64,000 nucleotides of DNA from Octopus vulgaris (Eukaryota). The stretch covers positions 81,468,001-81,532,000 of the forward strand of contig OX597826.1 in the NCBI GenBank assembly GCA_951406725.2, given 5' to 3'. Numbering within the stretch: the stretch's first letter is position 1; each line of letters opens with the position of its first letter. A model generated the notes under the pieces. That model did not search any database. It was given only the letters and a program-made list of their open reading frames with translations, and was not told where the DNA came from. The position numbers and the translations under genes are program-made. Below, one piece after another: positions 1 to 13,332 of the stretch.

Positions 1-174
1 GCCAGTTTGCTTCGTTAATAGCAGCAATAATAACAGAGTAATAATGATAATACATAACCACAATGCAATGGAATTATAAGGGGTTTTGTATATGGAAACG
101 CAACGGGAGGGAGAACAAGTAATATGTATTTACTTTTTTTGATTACTTTTCAATTTTTTTTTTTTACTTTTCAG

Positions 175-268
175 AATTACTGCACTTTGTGGGAAATATG
201 ATGAAGGAGAATTCAATGTTGATTCCGCTTGGCCATATTTGGTTTTCATTAACAATGCTTCTCAAGTT
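175..268 (+). CDS. TMEM184C: TMEM184C-like, internal coding exon (ITALCGKYDEGEFNVDSAWPYLVFINNASQV)
   Basis: Polypyrimidine tract and AG at 173-174, GTAAGT donor at 269. The peptide resembles the TMEM184/OSTalpha-family YDEG.F....AW.YLV.INN.SQ segment. Upstream exons lie outside the window. Confidence 0.9.
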
Positions 269-371
269 GTAAGTACATCAATGGAGATTCAGAATATGTT
301 TTTAAATCTTCAATGGGGAGAACATATCACTGCCAAAGACTTCAGCTTTTTTTTTTATATATGATTTATGA

Positions 372-665
372 TTTCGTTTTTGGATTTGGTTTGCAAGATT
401 CTTTATATGAGTTCGTGTGTTGAAGCATATTCTGTTGTGTCTGGAGAGAGTCATTTTCTTTTTGTGCCTTATTATGTAACACACTCACCAGTAAAATTTC
501 CATTTATTTCTTATTTTCATTTTTCTAAAATTTTCGTTTTGTCTTGCAATCTTTTCAATAAGGACAATAAAAATAAGAAAAAAAAAAGTGGAAATTTTAC
601 AGGTGAGTCTTAAATAATAAGGCACAAAAAGAAAATGACTCTCCCCAGACACAACAGACTATGAT
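372..665. repeat. Inverted pair of a dispersed repeat (same family as 34984-35295) with a degenerate hammerhead-like motif at 525-561 (-)
   Basis: About 564-665 is the reverse complement of about 425-520. ORF 302..484 and ORF 35165..35437 share a nearly identical peptide. Confidence 0.8.
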
Positions 666-744
666 TTAGTTTACAGTAGATATTGAATTGGTTTCAATAA
701 TAAGTGCACCCATTGTTGATTGAACAGAACTCATTAATGTATAA

Positions 745-1700
745 ATGACCGAGTATTCCATTGACATATTTATGTTCGTTGAAGGTGTTTTTCACATTGT
801 CATTGGCATCAAGTGTAGGTGCGTAAGCAGAGATCAGTGTCATAAAGGTGGAAGCAGAGGTTGGTATTTGGAGAGTCACAAGCCATTCATTGATGGTAGA
901 AGGTTTCAGATGGTGTTCCTTCAAATGCTTGGATTTTACAGCAAAAGCAACTCCGTGAATTATGCTCTCTCCTTTTTTCCCTTTCCAGAACAAGATGTAA
1001 TCCAAACCTATCTCTTCAGTCTTTCTTTCCCCAGATGGCCGTCTTTCACTGAGGGCAGCAATGTTGATGTTAAATCTTGCCAGTTCTTTGCAGACAAGAG
1101 CTGTTCTACAGTCTGGTCCCTCTCTCTGTCTTGAGGATTGAGGAGCATGTTCCAACGGTTGATTTAATTTCTGTTGTTCAACTGCTTGAATGGGTGTCCT
1201 GCTGGATGTGGCTTACCATCCAGGATTCTGTGGTAACATCTGATGTTTAGACCACCTTTCTGGGCCCTTCCTCATTCAGGGTGCGCAACAGTGTTCCCAA
1301 ATAGGTCTGCCCAGTCGCAGATGTTGAACCGAGTCCCTGGGTTGTCACCAGGTCCCAGGAAGGTGACCATCTTGCATCTACCACCAACATGCGGGTTTGG
1401 ACCAAGGGCTCCCACCATCCTTACCCCATCGCTGTTGGGCTTTTGTAGAGAAAAAAAAAGAAGGAAGAGTTGGATCAAAAGGAAGCCAGCCAATAGCATG
1501 AGTTTGTTTTAGGCGGAGATCTCCTTGCCAAGGGCTCCCCATGCACCATGGCCCCAAAATTCTTCTGTTGTGGCACTACATAGAGTGACATGCAAGGTCC
1601 AGAAGATGGATTGCAACGGAATGCCGCTAGCTCCAATGTTATTAGAATCATGCCTTTCTCGCCAGTCCGTCTGGCATCACCCTCTTCCACTAGGATCAGT
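745..1700 (-). mobile_element. RTE-clade LINE 5' fragment (AP endonuclease plus probable 5' UTR), decayed
   Basis: ORF 694..1155 contains RTALVCKELARFNINIAALSE, GVAFAV and TLISAYAPTL, which form an RTE/BovB-type APE N-terminus. Confidence 0.85.
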
Positions 1701-2090
1701 CGTTGAGTTTGGAAACTCCAAACTCGACGATTAATTAGAAATAAGTTTATATTAAAACGTTAAATTTATTATCTCAAAAACAAACAACTAGTTAAATATT
1801 TTTATGGTCATATATTAAGATTTTTTTCTTTTGCTTACTTACCATAGAAATTTGGCAGTCATAGTCTCTTTTTAAATTTGTGTGTACAAATTGATACAAT
1901 AATAAACATTATTGTCTTGGAGGAATTGGATCTAAATTAACGTTTAAATTTTTAATTAATTCAAAACTGTGCTGTTCTTACTCTTTTTGAATCAGTGACT
2001 AACCTCAAAAATATTTTGAGTTATGTCCCTTAGAGTGCCAAATCAAATATATTTAAAAAAAAAATTTTTTATCTTCAGCGTTTGACTTTA

Positions 2091-2370
2091 TCTGTATATA
2101 TTCATATATATATATATATAAGGTAGGATGTGTGTGTGTGTGTACGTGAATTTAATATATGCACGTCCACAAATTATCTCGCATGTCACTCCAATTTTAG
2201 GAGGACATTCGTCACGACTCTAGCTATATTTTCGCCAAATTATTTTTTCCCAAGGCACCAGCAAATAGTGGTAAAAATAAATTTTCAACCTTAACTTAGC
2301 AATTTTCACGGTGGAGAAATCCACCATTGTTTGCAAACATGAGTTAAGTCCCCTTCTAGCGACGGGTAAG
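2091..2370 (+). mobile_element. Possible non-autonomous Helitron remnant
   Basis: TC start followed by (TA)n and (TG)n, and a cccc..gcgacgggt subterminal hairpin-like motif. No intact CTAG end. Confidence 0.35.
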
Positions 2371-2539
2371 TTTTTATGTCTTCTGTTTTGTTTTGTTTTG
2401 TTTTTTCCATCGAGGAAAAAAGTGTTTATCTCTTCTTGTGTACAACCGGTGTCAGTTTGTTTATATCCCTGTAGTTTAGCAGTGAAAAGAGATTGATAGA
2501 ATAAGTGTGAAACTTTAAAAAATAAGTTTTAGGATTGAT

Positions 2540-3262
<723 letters not shown>

Positions 3263-3484
3263 TAAGTTTTACATGTACACGCACACACGCACACACACAC
3301 ACACACGCACACACACACATGCAGAACTAATAAACAACAGAAAATGTGTCATTCCTTTCGTTTAGTTAATTACTTCTAAAGTACATTATTCAGAATACAA
3401 TTTACATTCAAAAACAGATTTTTACAATAAAATTATTTATATATTCCCAACTATTATTTCATATCCAAAATATATGATTATAAG

Positions 3485-3670
3485 AGATTCGCCAACACTA
3501 CACCTGATCTTCTCCTCCCCTCCACACACACGCAAGCATAGATCTGACTCATACACTGTTCGCTTCCCAGACATTTGTACATTACTGCATATACTCTATA
3601 CGCACTTTCTGACAAGTTGTGGTGCACCTGAGCACTGTATACAATAATTTCATTATTATTATTATTATTT
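3485..3670 (+). mobile_element. 3' end of the CR1-type LINE family seen at 23395-25075
   Basis: gagattcgccaacactacacctga matches the 3' end of that element and is followed by a (TTA)n tail. Confidence 0.8.
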
Positions 3671-5177
3671 ATTTTTAAACGACCATATAATTTAATTCTA
3701 ATAATGTACTTTGGAATCAATTAATGCAGTGTGAAAGGAGTTTTCTTATTATTTATCCATATCTCCCTCTCCCAAATATAAGATTATGCTTGTGTGTGTA
3801 CTTGTATGTGCATGCTTGCACACACACACACACAAATGCACACAAGCTTAGCTGTTTGGTTAAACATTTCCGTTCCTAACCATGTGGTCTTGGGTTCAAT
3901 CTGCCAGATGGTTGGTTGAGGTGAAGAGTTGATACGACTTGCTTTACTCAGTCACAGTTATATGCTCAGAGCATAAACCAGTTCAAAGATTGCCTTAGCC
4001 ACATCACACTAAAATGTTCTGTTGATAATGACCCTTTTCTCTGAACTCTGATTATTTTTTATCGTCTATTTGAAAAGGGGAATTATTTTAGAATCGTTAA
4101 ACAGCCTCTGTAAATTGATACAGTATCTTTTTTACTTGCTTTTATTCATTGACATCACCTTACTAATTTCAATTAACTACTTACCTGCATGACTCAAAAG
4201 TTTTTGCAAACATCTTATTTGTACATATTGCAATGATTTCACTAAATCTCCATTCTCTTTTATTCCTATGAATTGACCAGACTAAATTTGGGACTATATG
4301 AAAATAATTCAATCTTTAAAGAAACATGTCAAGCTTGGGTGCTGAATAAATTTCGGTAAACATTGTTTGGTACCTGAAGTCATCCATAACACTATCTGCA
4401 ACATTTATTTGACCACACCCTTTTAATCACCCTAATCCCAAAACCCTTAGAATTTCTTACACAAATTTTGTATTAAGAAAATTTCTACAACATGTACACT
4501 GTCAACTTCAGTTTCAAATCTTGTCAATAACATGCGAGTCTGACCCAACCACGGGGCGACATGATCTGGCCACTACTTTCGACCGACACTACTATGCTGA
4601 CTATGAAATTCAACCCCAGCAGAATTTGGACTCAGAAGACAGATGAGATGTCACTTAACATTTTGCACAGTGTTCTAATGGTTCTGCCTGTGCGCCACCA
4701 TAATAAGACTAAATATTATGAATAGTTTTCCCTCCCTGTGTTGATTCCAGTGGTGGCCACCCAGGATCCATTAGCTGTGGTGGTCTCCTGTGTTGATGGG
4801 GATGGCCACGACTCTGGAATTGATGGAGCCAGGTCAGCTGTCACACAATCTTTTTTCATACCATACATTAAAAAGATTATTGCTCAGCTGCAGCCCTTGT
4901 GATGGCTTCTAGATAGGGCAGGATAATAACACAACACACACATACAAAAAAAAAATAGAAACCTAAATAAAAGGATTTGAGCTTTCAGTCCCTCACATAT
5001 CTCAGAAAGCAGGAAAGGTTCTGCCTTAATAAAGGCTTCAGAGAGATAATTTTCAACCTAGACTGCAAACATGTTCATTGATTCTACTCTCTGCTTCTTT
5101 CATTGTTAATTTCTGAGCCTCAGTTGTGCAAATGCAGTAAAAAATCCTCAATTTTATTATTTTTCCTTTATTTCTAG

Positions 5178-5277
5178 GCAAGCTGTTCTTATTGCTGCCC
5201 TTGTGAAAACCGGGGTCATAACCGAGAAGACATCATGGGGATATTATTCTGTAAAAATGGTTGCTAGTGGTCTTCAG
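5178..5277 (+). CDS. TMEM184C: TMEM184C-like exon (QAVLIAALVKTGVITEKTSWGYYSVKMVASGLQ)
   Basis: tttctAG acceptor and GTA donor. Completes the split Trp codon from the previous exon and ends in ..GLQ. Confidence 0.92.
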
Positions 5278-5942
5278 GTACTGTACTTTAAATTGTGTTT
5301 TTTGTATACTCCTGTTCTTCTTTAGCTCCCAGGTTAGACATGGCTGATAGGCTGAGGATCCAAAATATTCCAAGAATATTCCCACACCTCTTTTCTTTTA
5401 GATGTGGTGTATTTGGGACCACTTTTTCCTTCCATTCATTTTAGAGACAACGGGATGTGATTTGGATAGCAATTTGGTATCAGTTGTTGATATTGGGGTT
5501 ACCTCAAGATACTGATCCTTACAGAGGGGATCACAAGGGACTGACAGGATTATTGATTCTCTGTGCTTGAGAAGACCCACCCAACAAAACTGATGTCCTA
5601 TGAGTATTCTGTCCCCTCCACCATTCCCCTAACTTCACATATTCCTCTTCTCTCTTTCTGTGTACCACGAATTTCCTCCTCCCTGTTATTCTCCCCCCCC
5701 CTACACTGTTTCACCAATCACCTTTGTACGCCTTCAGTTATCTCTTGTCCCTGCCACATTTCACTCTGTTCCCTTAAACATCTCATCTACTTTCTTCCTC
5801 CCATGTATGTCATCATGCCCCACCCACCATAGCCACCCTTATATACTCCTACATATCCCTCCTTCCCACTCCCACACCTTGCATGTCATCCCTGTCCCCT
5901 ACCTTCTGATCTATCCTTCCTCAGCCACTTCTATCTTTCACC

Positions 5943-6110
5943 TTACGTTCTGGGTTCAAATTCCGCCGAGGTCGACTTGGCCTTTCATCCTTTCGGGGTC
6001 TATAAATAAAGTACCAGTTTCGCACTGGGGTTGATGTAATTGACTTAATCCCTTTGTCTGTCCTTGTTTGTCCCCTCTATGTTTAGCCCCTTGTGGGCAG
6101 TAAAGAAATA
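5943..6110 (+). mobile_element. 5'-truncated tRNA-derived SINE (family A)
   Basis: B-box gttcaaatt, conserved body, tail ccccttgtgggcagtaaagaaata. TSD tatctttcacc at 5932-5942 and 6111-6121. Confidence 0.9.
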
Positions 6111-6448
6111 TATCTTTCACCATATACCCTCTCCATACAGATATTTCCCATCAACCTTACCTCATCTTTACCCTCATCTCTAACCATCTGTTAGTCTCCC
6201 CCCCATCACACACTGAAGAACACACTCTTTCCTTCCCTCTTCTACACTCACCTCCTCTCCACTGAGATTGACCCCCAAGCACTGCATCTCTGTCACCTTT
6301 GCCACTACTCCTCCTCCTCCCTACATAATGTGTGGTAGCCATGTCTCCTCTCTGTACCAAGACACCCTCTGTCTTACCGCTTTGGTATAAAGCCATCTTC
6401 CTGTCTCAAATACTTCACATTGTCTAGTAGTAGGAGCTTTTCCTTGTT

Positions 6449-6487
<39 letters not shown>

Positions 6488-7613
6488 GCAAGTCACATGG
6501 CAACCTCACTAATGCTGGTGGCCCCAAAATAGCATCCTGTACACACTGAAAAATAGTTGGCATTAGGAAGGGAACCCAGTCACAGAAACCTTGCCACTGC
6601 TGACACTGGAGCTTGGCATAGCCTTGTCATTTGTCACATCCTGTCAAAGCATCTAACCCATATATTAGCATAAAAACAGACATTAAATGATGATAATGAT
6701 GATGATGGTTGTTAATTTAATGATAATTATTGTTATAGTATTGTTTTTAATTGTTGTTTACCTAATGATCAAGCAATCTATGATCTAAAACTGTGATCAT
6801 CACGTTTATCCAATGTTTCATTTTTCTTTCAAGACAGCAGTTTGATTTCAGGGATATTTGGCAGCTATTTCTAGCAGGTCTAACAGCTATATAGAGGTTC
6901 TCTCATTAATCTATTCATATTAAACGAACAAAAATATCAAGCTGGACACGATCCCTGTCTAAAAACCAATAAAATCTTCAGAGACTCTTTGAATTGTCAC
7001 CAGACTATCTGTGCTGGAATTTTGCTGCAGTTAATTTGCAGTTAATAAGAATTAGATGGGAAAAAAAACTTTTCTTATGGACATCTTATCAATCTGTTGC
7101 AGGTAACATTCCTTGATCCTGCATATTCGGGGTACTGGACAGGTAACAATCAAATAAATAAAGGCTAATTATTGAAAGGTTACCCTACTTCATTGTTGAG
7201 TGATTAGTAATAAGTAGAGCATCGGGCATTATAGTTGAAGAAATGTCAAGTTAGTAAGTAGGAAGGGCCTGATATGGCTGGGTGTTTAGTGGTAAGAATA
7301 AAATCTTATTTTACAGGTGAGTTGGTTAATTGCTGGAAGATTATCAGCTTCACAGTTGGATAATTACTGGTATGAACAACATCCTGTTCATAGTTAAGTG
7401 GTTGGTCAGAGAAAAGACATTGGGCTGTGAAACCTACTGTTTTTATCAAATCTTCTTATGCAAGCATGGACAAATATATTTACGACAAAACAAGACACGT
7501 CACTGAATAGATCTAATAAACACCATATTGTTTTCCTTCCCCTCTTTCTTCTCTCTCTCTCGCTCTCTCTCTTTTGCATTTTCTTTTTCAATTTCCTTTT
7601 CTCTTTCTTTCAG

Positions 7614-7788
7614 GACTTCTGTATCTGCATTGAAATGTTTCTAGCAGCCGTAGCACATTATTTCTCTTTCTCACACAAACCATTTATCGACATGACTGTG
7701 GACCATGCCAACTGCTGTACATCATTCATGTCCATGTGGGATATTTCTGATGTCCGAGATGATATTATTGAGCATGTCAGAGTTGTAG
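7614..7788 (+). CDS. TMEM184C: TMEM184C-like exon (DFCICIEMFLAAVAHYFSFSHKPF...SFMSMWDISDVRDDIIEHVRVVG)
   Basis: Long pyrimidine tract with CAG acceptor, GT at 7789. The ICIEMFLAA.AH..SFS and MWD.SD.RDDI motifs are typical of TMEM184C. Confidence 0.93.
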
Positions 7789-8509
7789 GTTCGTAATTTT
7801 TCTTCCCTTTGCAGCCAGGATTTTCAATCAATTTCTTGCTTAGATTCAAAGTCAATTCTGGAAGTAGAGTTGTAATGATGTACCTTGCTTGTTGAATGCA
7901 AACCACAGGCTGTAATAGTAAGGTTTGAACTCATGACCATGTGACCAGCAGTAAGCCTCTTAATTCACAGACATGGTGCCTTAAATAACGACTTATAATA
8001 ATATAGAGATCAAGGTCACAAATGATAGAGAAAATGAACCGTAGTCTTTATTTCGTTGAACCCTGTAAAGAGAAAAAGATAATGTCAATTCCAGCCGAAT
8101 TTGATCCCAGATACAAAAGAACTAAATATTGTATGGCATTTATGATTCTCTGCTTCATCAAATCCATCGTCCACTGCTTCAAATACAAACTAGCATGGGG
8201 AACTCCATGTGATTACTCAGCCTTCTAGAAATAGCAGCAAAATCTTAATCCTTCTCACTCCTTACTTGTATTCCCTACATACAGTAAAATGACCGGATGG
8301 CCATGGTTGGAATACTTTGATCAAATATTGAAATAGCATTAAGCTAGAGCAAAAACTACAACAATTGGCTCAAATGAAAATAAAATGGTATTTGTAGAGG
8401 GTTTGAAATTAGGAGCAAAATATGGAATGAAATGAGTCACTTTTTGTTCATGAAATGAATGATGGGGTTCATTGGGGTCGGGACATACACAGGATGAGAT
8501 TAAATACAT

Positions 8510-8940
8510 TTTGCGTCGCCTTACTGGCACTCAAGCCCCGTGCTAGTTGGGTATTAAGAGCTAGTAGGGTATTAAGAGCCCCATCTGAGCGTGATCGTTG
8601 CTAGAGCGGCTATCTGGCCTCCGTGTTGGTGGCATGTAAAAGACACCATTCGAGTGTGATCATTACCAACGTCGCCTTACTGGCACCTGTGCCGGTGGCA
8701 TGTGTAAAAGATTTGAGCGAGGTCATTGCCAGAACCGCCTGACTGGCCCCCGTGCCAGTGGCATGTAAAAAGCACCCACTACACTCTTGGAGTGGTTGGA
8801 GTTAGGAAGGGCATCCAGCTGTAGAAACTGCCAAATCAAGATTGAAGCCTGGTGCAGCCATCTGGTTCACCAGCCCTCAGTCATTCGTCCAACCCATGCC
8901 AGCATGGAAAACGGATGTTAAACGATGATGATGATGATGA
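8510..8940 (+). mobile_element. RTE-tailed SINE or non-autonomous element (family B) with internal ~60-bp tandem units
   Basis: Repeated tggcacgtaaaaagcacc units and a tail ending ...ccatgccagcatggaaaacggatgttaaacgatgatgatg. Confidence 0.85.
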
Positions 8941-9856
8941 ATAATGATTGTGACTATAATAATGAGGTTGTTGTGTGGCTGCAACGTCGGTTGTGATTGA
9001 AGCAAAGCTGTTCTCAGTTACAGGATGTGGAAGACTACATTATCTAGTGCACCCTCTCATTGTTTCTTTGAGATGGTGGATGTGATTTGAGGGAGATTTG
9101 GCTACAATTTGTAACAGGTCAGGCAACCTTGTAACAGCTCCATTTTGGAAATTGTTGATAATGGTCATAAAAAAAAATCAATATAAATTGTTATAGTAAA
9201 GTACATAGATTATAAGTGGTTAAGCTACAAAAGTATTATTATTATAAAGATTATATAATATTAGTTGTAGTTGTCATAATAATGTTTATTATAAGGATTA
9301 GGATTCTAATTGATGGAAATCCTAATAAATTTTGCAGGTAGGAATTAGTTGATTAAATCACCTTCAGTATTTGAATGATTCTTCATTTAATTAACTCCAC
9401 AAAGATGAAAAGCTGGGATTTGAACTCACAGTATGAAGAGTCAAACCCTGTGGATGCAAAACAAAGTTCACCTTGGTCAGATTCGAAAGCCAAAGCTGTC
9501 AGGCATTTTGCTTTGATGATTCTGCCGTTCCATTAGCTTATCAATAATAATTCTTTCTCATTTTTGGCTCAAGGATGGCTCAAATCTGAACGGATGGGCA
9601 AAGATAATTACACCAACCCCACTACTTGACTGGTTCTTATTGTACCCCCCCCTCACTTTCCCCAAAGGATGAAAAGTAAATTCAGTCTTGGGAGAATTTT
9701 AATTCAGACTATAGAGCTGGAAGAAATGTTGCTAAGCATTTTGTCCTGTGTTCTAATTAAACTGCCCTCTCCTCATCACGTTCCTAATAAAAATAATAAT
9801 CAGAATAACATCTGTTGAATAACAGCAATAATAATTTTGGTACGTTTCTTCCGCAG

Positions 9857-10326
9857 GTGGTGGAGTTGGTCGCACTCTTCGTGGTTTTAGTTCAATCAGA
9901 AAGAGTGAACGCACACCTCTTCTGCAAGAAAAATCTCCGTCTTTGTCCGCTTCAAAAGACTCCAAACATACGGCAAGCGAATTCCAGTCGTCCTGTGAAC
10001 ATGGAGCATCTAACTATCAACAATCGGTGTGCAGTGACACTGGAGATGCCAACAGCATTGCAGATCTTGAATCGTCACAGTTCACTGGTTCGCAGCGGCA
10101 CCAGTCTTATGATTGGAGCATGAACAATTTCTATGAAGCCAGCATCGAGTCATCGGCAACGACGAATTTCGAAGGTTACGAGAGAACCGAAACTCTGGCA
10201 GTTGGCTCAACTGAAGGACTTGATACAGAACATTCCGATCCTATTGTGACAAACACTGAAGATTGTTCAGAGACAGAATATCAGAAAGAATATGATGTTC
10301 ACAAACAAAATAATGTAGACATTTAA
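9857..10326 (+). CDS. TMEM184C: TMEM184C-like terminal coding exon (Ser/Thr/acidic C-terminal tail) ending in TAA
   Basis: ccgcAG acceptor. Phase 1 puts it in frame with ORF 9943..10326. Contains ERTPLL. Confidence 0.85.
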
Positions 10327-10923
10327 CTGACATCTTTATTTTTATTATTATTTGAGAGAGAGAGTGAGAGAGTGAGAAAGAAAGATAGATAGAGGGAGTG
10401 TGTGTCTATAGACACACACACACTCCCTCTATGTGTGTGTGTGTGTGTCTATAGACACACACACACACATGTATATATGTGTATATAATGTGTATCAGAA
10501 TGTGTGTGTGTGTGTGTGTGATATATTTGCATGTTTTCTAATGATACATTATGAGATTGAGCTGAAGTATTGGAAACATTCTCCCTTCTAAATTTTGTTT
10601 GTTTGTGTTTGTGTGTGTGTGTGTGTGAGAGTGTTTTGGAGGTGTTCTTGATTGGCAGGTGATTTGATTAGAGACCGTGTGTTAAAAGGAAAGCAAATAC
10701 GCATATTAACCATTTAAAGGCACACAAACAGTGCTTATTTCACTTAAACATTTACTAACTTGTGTCAAAACTTTTGTTGTACTAACTGACCGGATTCTAT
10801 TGGGAAACTGTGACAATTACCAGGTTGTAGTAATTATGACGAAAATTTTGACAGCAATTAATAAATGTTTAAGTTAACGGGTTTTATGTGTTTTTGAATT
10901 GCTGATGTCTGTTTTCCATGCTG

Positions 10924-10958
<35 letters not shown>

Positions 10959-10963
<5 letters not shown>

Positions 10964-11163
10964 AGAAAAAAGAGGCAGTCAGAATTTTGGATAATCCTTT
11001 ATTAGTGCTTTCGTTTGTTTTTTGAATTCATCAAGACAGAATCAAAATGGTAACAGAACATTTCATTTTTACCATTTTGATTTTGTCTTGATCTGTTCAA
11101 AAAACAAATGAAAGCGCTAATAAAGGATTATCCAAAATTGTGACGGCCTCCTTTTTCTCAATA
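10959..11163. repeat. Head-to-head inverted repeat (~95-bp arms, 15-bp spacer); each arm has a hammerhead-like motif
   Basis: 10959-11053 is the reverse complement of 11069-11163. Left arm (-) reads TTGATGA...GAAA-GCAC-TA; right arm has GAAA-GCGC-TA. Confidence 0.8.
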
Positions 11164-11399
11164 TACAATATCTGTACACAAATTCAAACACACTCTCTCC
11201 CTCTCTCTCTCTCTATATATATGGTAAACAAATAAGAATGGATAGCTCAAAACATCAATGTATTTCAGTAGTGTGGTTCCTTTCTTAATAATGCATCATC
11301 ATCGTTTAACATCCGTTTTCCATGCTAGCATAAATACATGATATATTTTCTTGTTGCTGTATATATACATATATATTTATATTTGCCTTTATATATATA

Positions 11400-12005
11400 T
11401 ATATTAAAATTATAAATTAGAGTATTTATGAGATATCACCATGCTGAAAATAGCAGCCATGATCTGACTTTAAAACCACCTTAATTTTCCATATCTCAAA
11501 CACGGAGAGAAAACAAAGAGACAAGATGAAACTAGTAAAGAATTACTGGATAATTCTAGATCCTGGATTTCTGACTTTGCCTCGTCAGTAGAATACACAC
11601 AGAAGGGAAACATATATACATATATATAAATACACCATACAATTACTTACATATATGAATGTATACATACATACATATATATGCACGTATGCATCATGGC
11701 CAGTTCAAAATGCCTGCCATTTAATTCCATGTGAGATATGGTTCAAATATCACCGCAGTAAATACAGTGACAAAATAATTAAAATTTATATAAATAAGGA
11801 TAAGATCGTTAATTTAAAATAAAACAACGATTTTATCAAGGGGCCAGCATGGAAAAAAATAACCTTCAAAGGTAATAATCATTAAAATCATAAATTAGGG
11901 TATCTGACTCATGATCATGGCTGCTATTTTCAGCATGGTGGTATCTTGTAGACACCCTAATTTATAATTTTAATAATTATATATTTTAAAATTATAAATT
12001 AGGGT
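11400..12005. repeat. Inverted repeat arms 11402-11464 and about 11913-11975 enclosing a hammerhead-bearing segment
   Basis: caccatgctgaaaatagcagccatgatc pairs with gatcatggctgctattttcagcatggtg. Confidence 0.75.
11553..11594 (-). ncRNA. Type I hammerhead ribozyme candidate with canonical core
   Basis: Minus strand reads ATTCTA-CTGACGA-GGC-AAA-GTC-A-GAAA-TCC-A-GGA-TC-TAGAAT, giving a 6-bp helix I and an AUC cleavage triplet. Confidence 0.8.
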
Positions 12006-12007
12006 AT

Positions 12008-12320
12008 CTACGGGTGGCACGTAAAAAGCACCATCCGATTGTGGCCGTTGCCAGCCTGGCCTGGCCTCCGTGCTGGTGGCACGTAAAAAGCACCATCCGA
12101 TCGTGACCGTTTGGCAGCCTCGTCTGGCACCTGTGCCGGTGTCACGTAAAATGCACCCACTACACTCACGGAGTGGTTGGCGTTAGGAAGGGCATCCAGC
12201 CGTAGAAACATTGCCAGATCAAACTGGGCCTGGTGCAGCCTTCTGGCTTCCCAGATCCCAGTTGAACCGTCCAACCCATGCTATCATGGAAAGCAGATGC
12301 TAAACGATGATGATGATGAT
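12008..12320 (+). mobile_element. Family B RTE-tailed SINE
   Basis: Same tandem units and (GAT)n tail as 8510-8940. Confidence 0.85.
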
Positions 12321-12321
12321 A

Positions 12322-12404
<83 letters not shown>

Positions 12405-12949
12405 AGAGGATTTGAAAATGCAGAGGTCTTTTAAAGATGTTTATTGACTTGACCAGTTAAAAATGAGTTATCATTGATGTATTAAGATAGAGTGAGAGAG
12501 TGTTTGGCAATGATAAGAAAATGTCCAGAGAGGTTTTGTATTTAAACAGTTTACATAAAAGTGTTCAAAATATGCAAGAAAAATAAGTTCAGAATTGTTT
12601 GTAAGTTCATCAGAAATGATGATTGTTTTATAAGCGTGTGTACAGAAAGAGTTTGTAGACAGGATTTGATAGAAGAAAGTGTGTATTGCTTTGTCAAAAG
12701 TTCATTAAAAATTATAATTCTTTATAAGAATTTTAAGGGAATGCCCAACCTTTCCTCTTCATCCCCAGTCTTGTATGTGTGTTTTGCAAGGATGGTTGCT
12801 ATGTTTAGAAATAATGTGGAAGGTTGGTTGGGAAGGAGCAGTCACAAGATCTGATTTCCAATAGTTTGTGCAATCAAAAGGGTTTTTTGTTTCTGGACTA
12901 GTCTGTCTTGGTTCCTTGGTTTTTCGACTGGTCTTAGAGTTCAAAATGG

Positions 12950-13210
12950 TGTGAGTGGCTGTTCATACACATGCGTCGTACAATCTGCCTTTTACTCTGA
13001 GCAAGAGGCCCTTTGTCACTAGCAGGGGTAAGAGCTCTCTGAACTTTGCCCAGGCTATTCTTATTCTACCAGCTACACTTTCAGTGCACCCTCACCCTCC
13101 CCTGCTACTGACTTGGTCACCTAGGTAACAGAAGCTATCAACTACTTCTAGTTTTTCTCCCTGGAATGTGGTGGAAGTTGTTCTCTGCACTTTTTCAGTG
13201 TTTATTGCTC
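12950..13210 (-). mobile_element. RTE LINE fragment, a diverged inverted homologue of about 13928-14180
   Basis: The reverse complement aligns with the region encoding FQGEKLDVVDSFRYLGD..RIRIAWAKFRELLPLL. Confidence 0.85.
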
Positions 13211-13247
13211 ATATATATATGTATATATAAATGTCTTTATATATGTA

Positions 13248-13294
<47 letters not shown>

Positions 13295-13332
13295 ATGTAC
13301 GCACGCACGTATATATATATATATTTATATTT

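Noticed and set aside
1490-1700. HDV-like ribozyme expected in an RTE 5' UTR
   Set aside because: A P4-like hairpin with a following CTAA is visible on the minus strand, but I could not build P1, P3 or L3.
1700-1730. Hairpin tcgttgagtttgga/tccaaactcgacga resembling a terminator
   Set aside because: Eukaryotic context with no U-tract; most likely a small repeat-junction palindrome.
7100-7430. Possible Penelope RT remnant on the minus strand
   Set aside because: Only faint similarity across frameshifts; not supportable by eye.
8510-8790. CRISPR-like array of ~60-bp units
   Set aside because: The units are degenerate tandem repeats with no unique spacers, inside a eukaryotic SINE, and there are no cas genes.
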